From positions 24,122 to 88,121 of the IMG/VR virus record IMGVR_UViG_3300044712_001570: DNA of 64,000 nt. One strand, given 5' to 3'. Numbering within the stretch: position 1 is the stretch's first letter; the number at the start of each line of letters is the position of its first letter. This DNA comes from a virus. The notes beneath the pieces are model-generated. The model was given only the letters and a program-made list of their open reading frames with translations. It was not told the origin of the DNA and ran no database searches. Below, one piece after another: positions 38,158-48,279 of this stretch. The position numbers and the translations under genes were made by a program.

Positions 38158-38213
38158 ATTAACCTCCAAGAGAGTTTGTCTATATTAGTAGCAAATCTTA
38201 GTCTGCGCCATAT

Positions 38214-40073
38214 CTACGATCTACCTACACTACCCATACCATAAGGGGATTGAACTCTATTAGTAGATGATCGTCTTATATCTCTCTCGAATACCATCAT
38301 AACCCTATCAGGGTCTTGGTCTCTAAAGTCCTGCTTAATGTTAAAGGTGTTTCCATTAAAGTTTATCTGTGGAGCTAACGCTTTATTAGCTCCGTCACCT
38401 CGAATGGACTTACGAACGTTATCAAGGAAGTTCGAGTCACCTACATCTTTAGCGAAGGTTTCAAGCGCTGTCTTAACCTCACCACCCTTATCAATAAAGG
38501 ATTGAGCTAATGTTGCATTACCCTTAACCAAGCTTTGCATATAGTTCATCATCCCCTCGTTATGAGCAGCCTTAGCCTCTTCATATAGGCTCATAAACTG
38601 GGATACGCTTTGAGCACCACCTTCACCACCAATAGAACCAGTGAGCTTATTTACCTGCTCACTCATCTCATGAAACTTCTTAACTGCTGTATCGAACTGG
38701 TCAACCATACCTTGACTAGCCCAGGTGTCGGCACCCGCTATGGTTTCCCTTGCACCAGTCTTTCCATGGATACCACCACGCTTAAATGCAGCTTCATAAG
38801 CACCGCCTTGTGCTTCTTTAATAATCCTTGCCATCTCTGCATCGGCATCTTCTTGTTTATTACCGCCGACACGTTTACCAGATGCAGCAGCAGCCTTTGC
38901 GAGTAGAGCCGCTGCACCCTCAATAGCGCTGATTATAACATCGAATACATCTTTGAATGTCTTTGCTAAGGGCTCTGCATTCTCAACAATCCAACTAAAT
39001 GCTTTTTCTGCATACGAGAATGCATCCTTTATCCACCCGGCAACTTTACCACCATCTTGTGCAAACACATTATAGAAGGTACCTACAATCTTAGACACAC
39101 CTTGTATAAAGCCACCTATGTATTTACCAACTCTATTAGCTGTAATCTCAATAGCTGTAGCATTATGACTAAACCAGTTTTTTACATCGGTAAGAACTGG
39201 AAGTAGTTCATTGACTATGGGTTGTCCTATGCTTGTAGATGCAAGGTCATAAACTTCTGCAAGCGAGTTCTTTAGGCCATCGAATCCCATAGGAATATCT
39301 TTGGCTTGCTTAGCCATTCGACGCATGCCTTCCTCGGCAACTGTCATACGTTGAACATCTGTCATACGAGCCATCTGTCTTGCTACTTCGGTAGATTCAC
39401 CCTTTAGAACCTTAGTAGCTGTAACCATTCCAACTATGGCCCCTGTGCTGGAGAAGGTACCAGTTTTCATACCTTCGTATTCAGCTGTTAGCTTTGACAG
39501 TCCTCCTGGAACTACCTTCGCAGCTTGAGCCATAGACTCGGTAATAGCTTCCGATTGTGCTCGTGTAAGCCTAGCCCTATATGTTCCTCTTATACCTTCA
39601 GCTACAGCATTAAATGCAGCTTGTACATCATCCCTTGTAGCTCCTGCACTTATAGCAATTCTTCTAAACTGCGCGTCATATGCATTAGCTAATGTGCGAG
39701 CATCACCTAAAGGCATATTGGCTTTTCCACTAAGCGCAATCATCTCGAAGGTTGTAGCCTTCATCTTTTCAAGTCGACTATTGGCTGCAAACATAGATGC
39801 AGTAATGGCCGCTATACCAGCACCAGCGGCTACTCCAGCAGCTACTCCGATAGCGCTCATAGCTGCACTACCCATAGCCCCGAAAGCCTTAAATTTAGCC
39901 CCCATAGCGCTTATATTGCTATTAAGGGAGAACATTCCTTCTCCCTTAGAGTTCATGTGCTTGGAAGCTTCAACACTACCCGCAGCCAAGGCATCAGACA
40001 TAGCCTTGGCCATCTCGTCAGGTTTATTCGACAGAACGAGTCTTACCTTTACATCTGCGCTCTCGTCTGCCAT
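38214..40073 (-). CDS. Tape measure protein
   Basis: Ala/Gly-rich helical 619 aa directly after the tail chaperones. Confidence 0.85.
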   Translation of the reverse strand: MADESADVKVRLVLSNKPDEMAKAMSDALAAGSVEASKHMNSKGEGMFSLNSNISAMGAKFKAFGAMGSAAMSAIGVAAGVAAGAGIAAITASMFAANSRLEKMKATTFEMIALSGKANMPLGDARTLANAYDAQFRRIAISAGATRDDVQAAFNAVAEGIRGTYRARLTRAQSEAITESMAQAAKVVPGGLSKLTAEYEGMKTGTFSSTGAIVGMVTATKVLKGESTEVARQMARMTDVQRMTVAEEGMRRMAKQAKDIPMGFDGLKNSLAEVYDLASTSIGQPIVNELLPVLTDVKNWFSHNATAIEITANRVGKYIGGFIQGVSKIVGTFYNVFAQDGGKVAGWIKDAFSYAEKAFSWIVENAEPLAKTFKDVFDVIISAIEGAAALLAKAAAASGKRVGGNKQEDADAEMARIIKEAQGGAYEAAFKRGGIHGKTGARETIAGADTWASQGMVDQFDTAVKKFHEMSEQVNKLTGSIGGEGGAQSVSQFMSLYEEAKAAHNEGMMNYMQSLVKGNATLAQSFIDKGGEVKTALETFAKDVGDSNFLDNVRKSIRGDGANKALAPQINFNGNTFNIKQDFRDQDPDRVMMVFERDIRRSSTNRVQSPYGMGSVGRS

Positions 40074-40433
40074 CTAAACCTCGCTCATTGCTAACGTTGC
40101 GGACTCTTGCTCTATCCAATACCCAATCGCTCCCATAAGGGAGCGAAGCTCGAACCACTCAAGCTCCAATAGTTTAGCATAGTCCTGTCTACCATAACGG
40201 CAAAGCCATGCGACATCCCGGATACGGTTGGTTTCCCGCTCTGCGATATCAACATGGAGTGAATATACAACAGCCCACGCAGTATCCATGACAGAACCAG
40301 GTCGATATGGATGCGCCTGATTTTGTCTATAGGTTGTAATGAATAACGAATCCTCTACATGCAGAGGGTCAAGCGCCTGACCACGCGCTAGGCGGGCTGT
40401 GCGTCTAGCGAGACCATGCAAGTGGCGAAAAAA
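40074..40433 (-). CDS. C-terminal part of frameshifted tail assembly chaperone (gpGT-like)
   Basis: -1 frame opens at slippery T TTT TTC (40433-40427) and runs to 40074. Confidence 0.75.
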   Translation of the reverse strand, partial: FFRHLHGLARRTARLARGQALDPLHVEDSLFITTYRQNQAHPYRPGSVMDTAWAVVYSLHVDIAERETNRIRDVAWLCRYGRQDYAKLLELEWFELRSLMGAIGYWIEQESATLAMSEV

Positions 40434-40990
40434 TCCACGCGCTCCTCGGGTGTCAACGAATGGAGCTTGTTATATACAGTCATAAGTATCTCACGGCCCT
40501 TATACCCTATTTGATCCATAAAGATATCCGGGTTGAATAGCCTTCCGTCCTTATTTGGGTCAGCTACCCAGTTAGGAAGTTTCCCATCGACACATCGAAT
40601 CATTTGTTTGGTGTGTTCGAGAATAAATCTAGATGCATCACCACGCATACGAGAGGCAGCAAGTCTTTCTTCCTGCAATGATAGGGACCATACAACACAC
40701 CACCTATCACCCAAGTCTGTTCGTTCTGTTATATGAGGGGGAAAGCGAAGGAATATAACTTTTCTTCCAGGAGGAGGAAGCTTGAACCCTTCTGGTAAGA
40801 TAGCCCAGGGTGGAACACCAGGCGCTTGTTCTGGTTCCATAGTAGGTGATTCTTCTTGCTCTTCTTCGGATTGTGCGAGCAGTTGACGCTCTTCCTCTGT
40901 CATTGGAACTTCTTTAATTGCACTAGCAGTTTCTACAGCGGAAACAGCCTTTGAAAGGTTGGTTTCCACTTTCTGTTTGATCTTAGCCAT
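40388..40990 (-). CDS. Tail assembly chaperone (gpG-like)
   Basis: Between tube and tape measure; slippery site near 3' end; SD AGGAG. Confidence 0.8.
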   Translation of the reverse strand: MAKIKQKVETNLSKAVSAVETASAIKEVPMTEEERQLLAQSEEEQEESPTMEPEQAPGVPPWAILPEGFKLPPPGRKVIFLRFPPHITERTDLGDRWCVVWSLSLQEERLAASRMRGDASRFILEHTKQMIRCVDGKLPNWVADPNKDGRLFNPDIFMDQIGYKGREILMTVYNKLHSLTPEERVDFFATCMVSLDAQPA

Positions 40991-41007
40991 GGTGGGTGTC
41001 TCCTAAT

Positions 41008-41043
41008 AAAAAACCCTATGGAGTTTTGTAGCACTCCATAGGG
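41008..41043 (-). terminator. Intrinsic terminator after tail tube
   Basis: CCCTATGGAGT-N8-ACTCCATAGGG followed by TTTTTT. Confidence 0.85.
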
Positions 41044-41080
41044 GAATAACCATACAGCGATATGAGGTCGATTACATCTT

Positions 41081-41524
41081 CTACATCTTCTGTGGATCGA
41101 TATTCGAGCAGATACCTTGCAGCTTGGTCTTTACATATTCTGTTCGTCCACCAACATTTAGTGGAATAGGACCAAAGGCAACGTCTGCAAATATGAGGTT
41201 AGTTACCTCACCCGTTCCAGGAAACGTAATCAATCCGGATAGATTGAACACTACATCAGGTGTTCGTCTTTGAGCCTTGTTCTTAATAGACATGGCAAAG
41301 TCGAAGTAGAGTGCAGTGTGTATTTGAAGCTCAAAATCAAACTTCGCAGCTTCATATACAAAGTCCGTTCGGTCTGCGAACTCTCCAAGGAACCCTTGTT
41401 GAAGGGTTTTGAAGGTCATCTCCCCATTGAAGTTTGTAATGTCGGTAAGAGGGTCAATGACTAACTCAGTGCCTCTACTTACCAACAGGGTCAAATCCTG
41501 ACCTAGAATACGTTGTGAAGGCAT
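41081..41524 (-). CDS. Tail tube protein
   Basis: 147 aa, beta-rich, directly after sheath. Confidence 0.8.
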   Translation of the reverse strand: MPSQRILGQDLTLLVSRGTELVIDPLTDITNFNGEMTFKTLQQGFLGEFADRTDFVYEAAKFDFELQIHTALYFDFAMSIKNKAQRRTPDVVFNLSGLITFPGTGEVTNLIFADVAFGPIPLNVGGRTEYVKTKLQGICSNIDPQKM

Positions 41525-41536
41525 ATCAGCACCTCA

Positions 41537-43738
41537 TTATTCCATTGACTCGGTTACTGTTACATTGGTTCCAACGTATGTAGTTAGAACAATAGACTTC
41601 AGGGATGATAGCTGTTTGCAGCTAACAATAACGGCATATAACCCTCGTGCGAGTAGATCAGCAGTGTTACCTGTGACTGCATCAACATCGTACCCGGCTA
41701 TACGCTGATTAGCAGGTTGGTCCTTCGATAGAAGGTCTGCCATAAACTTTCGAATCTCTGTAACCATTGCAGCTCGACGAGCTTGGGTTGACAGCTTCTT
41801 TCCAAAGGCTTTCCCTCTTCTGGAGAGTGAATCCTGGATATAGTCTGCCAAGCGTCGACGATTGATATCAGTCCGGTTTGGTAGAACCAATGGGTCTACA
41901 GAAGTGATACCGCTTTGATATATAGCAACACCTTCATCTATGCGAGGTGCGCATATACCAGCTGCTTTGAAGGCTATATAGTCCTCCATTACAAAGTTTT
42001 GAACGTTTGCACCACTCTCAAGACCAACTACTGCATCTAGCAATCCAGTATCTTGACCAGGGTCTTCTTCTACTGCGAGTTGTGAAAGAATTGATGCTAG
42101 GAATCCATCTGCTCCCACATCGACAATACCATCTGCAGTAAATCCGACACCACCCGCTGTTCCTCTACTAGCAATAAGAGGAACATTGGTTCTCCAGTTC
42201 GGGTAACACATAACCAACCGTTCTGCTCGGTTGAGAGTAACCATAGTTAGTGCAGTAGCTTTCAAGGTATTCATAGGAGCGCGTGTTATAAACATGCGAC
42301 CATAAAACCCTTGGTTACTAGCGGTCTTAGCGTTTATTCGACCCATCTGCCGAATAGCATTCGACTGTCTTGCGGAAACAATAATGTTCGCAGTACGAGC
42401 GATAGAGCTTTGACTCAATGTTGAATCAAAGGCTAGTTGGTATGCTGCATCTATCTGTGCCTCGGTAAGAGCAGCATTTAGAGGAAGTGGGTTGTATACA
42501 GCCCATGCAGAATCCTCAGCGGGGGTTGTTATCTTCGTGATTGCACCACCTAGTGCAGATACCCCAGTACCATCATCAACTGCATGTCGAACCTTGCTTG
42601 TATAAGGTCCCGCAGTAGATGCAGTTACAGTAATAGACTTCATAGTAACTACTGCATTAGTACCACCACTATTATTGAGGACCGTACCAGCAGGGATAGT
42701 AGTAGCTACACCAGCAGCAGCGGTTCCTGTCGCACCAACTGTGAACCCTAGGTTGACAGCAGTAGTAGCAGCCCCAACAGCTATTGTTCCAGTCGTAGGA
42801 GTTGCGAGGTTGGATGCTCGAAGTCTCCCTGAAGGAGTTGTTTCAACTAATGCGCCAGTTACCGCAAGTTCCACAATGGTTTTAACTTCTGCAGGTGTAA
42901 CGTTATCAATATCAACAACGTTTCCAGTTCCAGAAGTAGTAGCAGCAGTGAAACCAAGCTTAGTCAAAACACCAGTTGAACCAGAAACAATACGAATCTT
43001 GCTCCCAGTTCCACCCTGTCTAGCTGTTAGCTTGATTTGGCCGGTACTATTACTGGCCATTGTGTATCCAGCAAAACTATTGATTCGAGCTATACAATCC
43101 GCGATAGCTTGGTCAGCTGTTAGGAATACAACAGTGAAGTCAGGTTGTCCGTCGTATCCAATGACCAGGGTTTCACCGCCGACAAATGAAGTTGGGTAAC
43201 TCCCACCTGCTGCAGTGACATTAGCAACTGTTCCTGTAAATGTTGCACTTACGGAGCCGCCACCGATATCAAGCGCAAGAATTTGACCAGTTGTTAGCTT
43301 AAATCTGGTGTTACTTGAACCATATACAGAGGCCAGTCGAGAGAAGGTGACGCTACCCACACTAGTATCTACTCGTACTAGCTGCAGAGCGCGAAAGCGC
43401 TTCCCGCTAAGCTGTACGAACATGTTACCGTTCCAATATTCGGGGGAGATGGCACTATCTGCATATCGAACTTTGGCGCATGGGTAGTTACCTACTAAAC
43501 CATTATAGGTATAACCAAGACCACCAAATGTACCTAGTAGATCACTAGATGACGAGATAGCAGTAGGAGTGTTGAAAGGCCCATCTTCGGACTCTCCAAC
43601 CATAATCACTGTACCAGTTCCTATAGCCGTTATCTGAGCGGCTGGATCAAGGTCCAGGATATTATATGACTCGATGTTTAGTAGAACATCGCTTCCGGGA
43701 TTCGCATCCCAACGTCTAATAAAAATGGGCATGTTCAC
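41537..43738 (-). CDS. Tail sheath protein
   Basis: VGESEDGPFNTP...FGG N-terminus; INRRRLADYI C-terminal motif; SD GAGGAGGT. Confidence 0.92.
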   Translation of the reverse strand: MNMPIFIRRWDANPGSDVLLNIESYNILDLDPAAQITAIGTGTVIMVGESEDGPFNTPTAISSSSDLLGTFGGLGYTYNGLVGNYPCAKVRYADSAISPEYWNGNMFVQLSGKRFRALQLVRVDTSVGSVTFSRLASVYGSSNTRFKLTTGQILALDIGGGSVSATFTGTVANVTAAGGSYPTSFVGGETLVIGYDGQPDFTVVFLTADQAIADCIARINSFAGYTMASNSTGQIKLTARQGGTGSKIRIVSGSTGVLTKLGFTAATTSGTGNVVDIDNVTPAEVKTIVELAVTGALVETTPSGRLRASNLATPTTGTIAVGAATTAVNLGFTVGATGTAAAGVATTIPAGTVLNNSGGTNAVVTMKSITVTASTAGPYTSKVRHAVDDGTGVSALGGAITKITTPAEDSAWAVYNPLPLNAALTEAQIDAAYQLAFDSTLSQSSIARTANIIVSARQSNAIRQMGRINAKTASNQGFYGRMFITRAPMNTLKATALTMVTLNRAERLVMCYPNWRTNVPLIASRGTAGGVGFTADGIVDVGADGFLASILSQLAVEEDPGQDTGLLDAVVGLESGANVQNFVMEDYIAFKAAGICAPRIDEGVAIYQSGITSVDPLVLPNRTDINRRRLADYIQDSLSRRGKAFGKKLSTQARRAAMVTEIRKFMADLLSKDQPANQRIAGYDVDAVTGNTADLLARGLYAVIVSCKQLSSLKSIVLTTYVGTNVTVTESME

Positions 43739-43775
43739 CTCCTCGCGGCAAAGGCAGCTAGGTAGTAATAGAGTA

Positions 43776-44492
43776 TCACGAGATGCTACCTTCCGGTAGC
43801 TCTTCGTCTGGCGTTAATACACTCACACTTGCAGTTGGCATAAGTCGGTTGTACCTACCTAGCCTCAAAATCTCATAGCGCATACGAACACGCATTAATG
43901 CCCTTCTGCGCTCTTTCGCTGCATCCCCGTCCTCTACTCGAATAGCTCCAAGTAAAGTAAAGCATGCACTTGTGCCAAAGTAGTTATCCATTCGAAGTCG
44001 TAGGTTACTAACGTTCTCGGATGGGCTTAATGCTAGTTCGATACCTTGAACCATAGCTGCACGCTCAGCGGGACTTGATGCCCATAGTTCAAGTTGGAGG
44101 TCTTCTTGATATTCCCAAAGTCTCCAAAGAACAGTACCCATTCCATAAGTGTCGATTGTTGTTTCATCAATAGCTGGTGAAAGACCTATAGGAATATGTT
44201 GACCTTCCCCTGGTAAGATACCAATCGCAGGAAATGTTAATACTTCATCTGCATTTTGCGGCCATTGTATATGCATATCCGAATATGGAATCCTCATAGC
44301 AATAGGCGCACGACCAGTCCCATTGCTTCGATATATTGTAATCTCGGATAGGTATTCAAAGAGTGTTCGAAGTGCTTCTGTTCGACCATCCACCCATGGT
44401 GGTACTTGGTTTCGTGCAGGTAGCGGCGAATCCCCTATGGACCCAAACACAAGACTTTGTATTGTGCTCTTAACATTATCGAGAAACGCCAT
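43776..44492 (-). CDS. Tail terminator/completion protein
   Basis: FPAIGI...LQLELWA...ER pattern; position before sheath. Confidence 0.65.
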   Translation of the reverse strand: MAFLDNVKSTIQSLVFGSIGDSPLPARNQVPPWVDGRTEALRTLFEYLSEITIYRSNGTGRAPIAMRIPYSDMHIQWPQNADEVLTFPAIGILPGEGQHIPIGLSPAIDETTIDTYGMGTVLWRLWEYQEDLQLELWASSPAERAAMVQGIELALSPSENVSNLRLRMDNYFGTSACFTLLGAIRVEDGDAAKERRRALMRVRMRYEILRLGRYNRLMPTASVSVLTPDEELPEGSIS

Positions 44493-44502
44493 TGACTATA
44501 CC

Positions 44503-45297
44503 TTAGCCGCCCCTCACAGCCTTAGCAACTTCACGCTGCATCTCTTGCTGTAAGTATTCTTTGACTAATACCTTTTTAGCCTTCTCAAGAACCCTAAGAC
44601 CCTTACCACCATTAAAGATTCCTACCTTCTGCATATGCATAGCGATAGCCCATGCAATAGCCATAGCTTCATCATCTGTTGCTGTAGTCTTAGTAATACT
44701 TTCAGATTCTACATAGCCAGCTTCATGTCGAATGCGAGCTATCAACATACCCCCACCAATGCGCATACGCTTCATGAAAGCTTTGATGTCTTTTATAAGC
44801 TTTGCAATCTTTCGAGCTGTTTTCTTATCCAAAATAGAAGGTGATTTATGGCCCTTTTTAGCAGCCTTTGCGGGCTTTGCCTTATCCCCTAAGCTTCCCT
44901 TTTCCTTTGCGGGAAGGGAAGCTTTCTTGGCCGCTTTGCGGCCTCCGGTAAGCCCTTTTCTTTGAGCCCACTCGGCCAGGGCTGTAAGCATTGCTCTACC
45001 TATTTTGATATTGGATGCACGTGCTCCATATTCGATGATAGGTGCATAAGGCACCTTATTAGATATTATCAAAGGTGTTGTTACCAGGTCACCATGCACT
45101 TGCCATCCTGCTCTATACAATCCTCTATCGACAGGTGGATGTGGTTGGCATTCTTGTATGAGCTTGCCTTGTATAAGCTGAAGTGTTCTTTGACCTGCAC
45201 TGAGAGCACCCTTCCTAACACCCATTCTTATACGAGCGGTTATGTTAGACCTAAACTTAGCTAGGTCTGCTACATCTATCTTTATGTTTAGAGCCAT
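44503..45297 (-). CDS. HK97 gp10-like neck protein with Lys/Ala-rich insertion
   Basis: PVDRGLYRAGW, NKVPYAPIIEYG motifs. Confidence 0.8.
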   Translation of the reverse strand: MALNIKIDVADLAKFRSNITARIRMGVRKGALSAGQRTLQLIQGKLIQECQPHPPVDRGLYRAGWQVHGDLVTTPLIISNKVPYAPIIEYGARASNIKIGRAMLTALAEWAQRKGLTGGRKAAKKASLPAKEKGSLGDKAKPAKAAKKGHKSPSILDKKTARKIAKLIKDIKAFMKRMRIGGGMLIARIRHEAGYVESESITKTTATDDEAMAIAWAIAMHMQKVGIFNGGKGLRVLEKAKKVLVKEYLQQEMQREVAKAVRGG

Positions 45298-45965
45298 TAT
45301 CTCTTCTTTCGAAGAGGGGGTATCACTGGTGTGGGTTGAATATCATCTGTAGATATCTGGCTCTCACCAAAGCGATCCATATCTTCACTCATGCGTTCAA
45401 GTCCTAATATCCACCCAAAGGACTTTCTTTCGGGTTGCATACTAAGCCTGTACTTCTGTCGTATAGATATAAAGGGAACAGTAACAACAGCAGGTACTTT
45501 GCATATACCTAGTTGAGGTGGGGATGTTCTTCCATCCTCGTGCACTTCATAAAAAAAGTCTACTTGTGGTGGTCTAATAGGTTCTTTGAATGTTTGTATA
45601 AAAGGTTGAGGAAGTACTCGACCTGTTAAGAAGTCATGATCATATCTAGCGCTTATCTTTGATACTCGAATGCTACCAACAGGTAGAGCACCAGCAGAAT
45701 AAGGATTGATAGCTACACCACCTAATCCCTCTATGCGTGGAGTGGGTAGCAGTTCCTCCCGGTAGTAAATCTCTTCCAGTCCTTGACCACGTTCATCACC
45801 AGTTGAATAGGTCCAGGTGAGTAATATTCGATACGGTCTTAACCCTATATCCACCTTTGCTTGTCGAGCCCTATCCAATGAAGTTGAAATCCTATTAGCC
45901 AAGCTGTTGCTAGCTTGGTCTGGTGTTATTGGGTGCAACTCATTAGTTGTAGGGCATTTAGCCAT
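45297..45965 (-). CDS. Head closure/neck protein
   Basis: Position after adaptor; TAATG coupling. Confidence 0.55.
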   Translation of the reverse strand: MAKCPTTNELHPITPDQASNSLANRISTSLDRARQAKVDIGLRPYRILLTWTYSTGDERGQGLEEIYYREELLPTPRIEGLGGVAINPYSAGALPVGSIRVSKISARYDHDFLTGRVLPQPFIQTFKEPIRPPQVDFFYEVHEDGRTSPPQLGICKVPAVVTVPFISIRQKYRLSMQPERKSFGWILGLERMSEDMDRFGESQISTDDIQPTPVIPPLRKKR

Positions 45966-46375
45966 TAGTGGACCACAGAGATGTTAATACCTGGATTAGC
46001 AGCGTTAGCTCCAACAAATCTTTGATCATAGGGGTTTGGGTATACTCCCAAAGCATTTGCAAGTTCTGTTCTAAAGAACTGGTATCGCTTTAGTACTTGA
46101 GCGAACGCATCCCCTCTAAATGTTACATCTTCAACTTGTACAAATTCGGCATTGCCAGTGTTCTTAAATAGTTGGTCATGGATAGTATCGAGTATGCATA
46201 TAGTCTCTCGAATAGATGCTTCCCCTTCGGGTCGAATCTTATCCATAGCACCTTCAATAACGAACTGTGTCTGAACACCAGCAGGCAAACCGAGAATGAA
46301 TGTTTGCGATAAGGCAACATTCAAATACCCAAGGTGCCTTCGCACTCGCATCTTTTCGTCCTCGGTTAATGCCAT
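45965..46375 (-). CDS. Head-tail adaptor protein
   Basis: LTEDEKMRVRRHLGY...LANALGV pattern; position. Confidence 0.65.
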   Translation of the reverse strand: MALTEDEKMRVRRHLGYLNVALSQTFILGLPAGVQTQFVIEGAMDKIRPEGEASIRETICILDTIHDQLFKNTGNAEFVQVEDVTFRGDAFAQVLKRYQFFRTELANALGVYPNPYDQRFVGANAANPGINISVVH

Positions 46376-46385
46376 AGTGAATCTC

Positions 46386-46760
46386 CTAAGCTGTTACTTC
46401 TTCAGCAACGGCGGGTGGTGCAGCTTCAATAGGAACTATCTCGTCAAGCAGTACTCCTTGCTGAAGTAAGGCTTGAATATTGTATTGTGCATCGGAAACC
46501 GTTCGACCCTTGCGAAGCATAGCTCGCATGCCATCGGTTGTTATATAAGCCCCCTCTACTACTCGATACTCTTTAGCTTTGACCTCTACACGAGGAGGTC
46601 TCACAGCAGTTTGAGGAATAAAATTTGGGTCAACGTTTCGTTCGTTACCACTAGGTTGGAGGATTACTCCAAGGGGTACATCACTATTTTGGGAAGGCGA
46701 AGTGGTAGCCTGTTGTGGCTGACCAACTCTTGTTGTGGGTGCGGGATTGTTTCGAGCCAC
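46386..46760 (-). CDS. Small head-associated protein
   Basis: SD AAGGAG, GTG start, follows capsid gene. Confidence 0.65.
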   Translation of the reverse strand: MARNNPAPTTRVGQPQQATTSPSQNSDVPLGVILQPSGNERNVDPNFIPQTAVRPPRVEVKAKEYRVVEGAYITTDGMRAMLRKGRTVSDAQYNIQALLQQGVLLDEIVPIEAAPPAVAEEVTA

Positions 46761-46794
46761 TTATTTATCTCCTTGTAGGAACTAGATACATCAT

Positions 46795-46832
46795 AAAACA
46801 AGAATGCACGCGGAGCAAAGCCACGTGCATTC
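46795..46832 (-). terminator. Intrinsic terminator after major capsid gene
   Basis: GAATGCACGTGG-CTTTGCT-CCGCGTGCATTC then TTGTTTT. Confidence 0.8.
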
Positions 46833-46855
46833 AATACTATATACTGCCTATATTA

Positions 46856-48241
46856 TTATATTGCGTGCTCAAGGATGACAGCGCGACGATAGCGAGCAGT
46901 GCCACCGGGTGCTGTAATATCAGAGGGAGCTCCGAATCCTGTTGAGATGGACCATGCAGCGGAAACCATCTGTTGCAAGCGATCCATTGGTGCGCGGAGT
47001 ATTAGACGAATACGTTCGGTAAGAACTGCGACATTGTTATTAACAATATCGAACTCTCCAATCTTACCCATTGTTCCGGCTTCCGTCACATAACCACCTT
47101 CATTTAGGTAGCGTTCATAGAGGCAACCTTTACCAGTCACAATGACACGACCGATATTGACACCAAGTTCATTGGTCGTCTCTGCTCCAATTTCAGGTGA
47201 GTATGCAGCATTAACACCTGTTGCGGTACGAGTACCAGAGTTGGAGAAGATGGGAACCTCATTATTCATGAAGAACATAAGACCACTTATGGTTCCAATG
47301 AATCCCTCTTTATAGATGACATGCTCGGGTAGGGACTGGTTCAATCTTTGGAACACGGGGTCAGCAAAGACTTGAGCGTTTGCCATTGGAGAGATGTGCA
47401 CATGGTAGAACCCATCCTCATGGGGTTGCACATTACTCTGTCGAAGAACTGCAGTAGCATTGATGCATTGCTGAAGAGTGAGAATATCACCAGCAGTAAT
47501 AGCATCGACACTAAGACCAGCAGCCGAACGAACGACTGTAGGTGCATAAACACTTCGAACAGGTGAACGGTTTGCAAGGTTACCTGCAAGTGCTGCTGAC
47601 AACAGCAAGGTTCCTGGTCCAGTAGGGTCTGTAATCTGGTCGGGTGTAAACCCAATAACAGTAGCGGTAACAGCACCAGTTCCAAGTCGAACTGTTAGTG
47701 GAGATGTCTGCGAGACAGGGAGAGGTCTTGCATTGGTACCTGGAATAACAACATCGGTAAACCCATTGAGAGATGCAACTCGAATGGTAAAGTCACCAGC
47801 GGTTGCAGCAGCAATGAGAACAGTATTGCCAGATGCATAAGGGGTATAAAGGTTATTACGAGCAATACGGTTGATAGACTGACCAGCCTGCAAACCTAAC
47901 TGGTGAATGTTTCGAAGAAACAAATCAGCAGCAGCAGTAACACTGGTAGGCATATGAGTATCGATTGCTCCAGTATATTGACCAATGGAGAGACCCCATT
48001 GCTCATAAGGCACTGCTTGAGGTTGTGGGTCTTGACCGGGGGCAATAGCTGTTACAACTGGTGCAAGCAAACCAGGTCGGGTTTGAAATACCTCAGTACC
48101 ACTATTAGCTGGCCACTCTTCAGCGAGGGCTTCAGCTCGAAACGCTAGGTTAGGGAACAACCCATCATGGAATGCACGTTCCAGAAGGTTTTCTTGTTTT
48201 AGTTGTAGAAGAATGGGGGGTACACCGAGTGCGATAGGCAT
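46856..48241 (-). CDS. Major capsid protein (with inserted domain)
   Basis: Follows scaffold; LGLQAGQSINRIAR, YHVHISP, GFIGTISGLMF and DRLQQ motifs; own SD and terminator. Confidence 0.88.
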   Translation of the reverse strand: MPIALGVPPILLQLKQENLLERAFHDGLFPNLAFRAEALAEEWPANSGTEVFQTRPGLLAPVVTAIAPGQDPQPQAVPYEQWGLSIGQYTGAIDTHMPTSVTAAADLFLRNIHQLGLQAGQSINRIARNNLYTPYASGNTVLIAAATAGDFTIRVASLNGFTDVVIPGTNARPLPVSQTSPLTVRLGTGAVTATVIGFTPDQITDPTGPGTLLLSAALAGNLANRSPVRSVYAPTVVRSAAGLSVDAITAGDILTLQQCINATAVLRQSNVQPHEDGFYHVHISPMANAQVFADPVFQRLNQSLPEHVIYKEGFIGTISGLMFFMNNEVPIFSNSGTRTATGVNAAYSPEIGAETTNELGVNIGRVIVTGKGCLYERYLNEGGYVTEAGTMGKIGEFDIVNNNVAVLTERIRLILRAPMDRLQQMVSAAWSISTGFGAPSDITAPGGTARYRRAVILEHAI

Positions 48242-48279
48242 AGTTAGCTCCTAATGGTTACATCCATCAACGATTCGAA

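Noticed and set aside
33372-45297. C-terminal GG endings (PSLLGG, AVRGG, LVGGRS) as ubiquitin-like conjugation signals
   Set aside because: No E1/E2/JAB genes are visible, and G-rich ends can arise from overlapping SD or promoter sequence of the next gene
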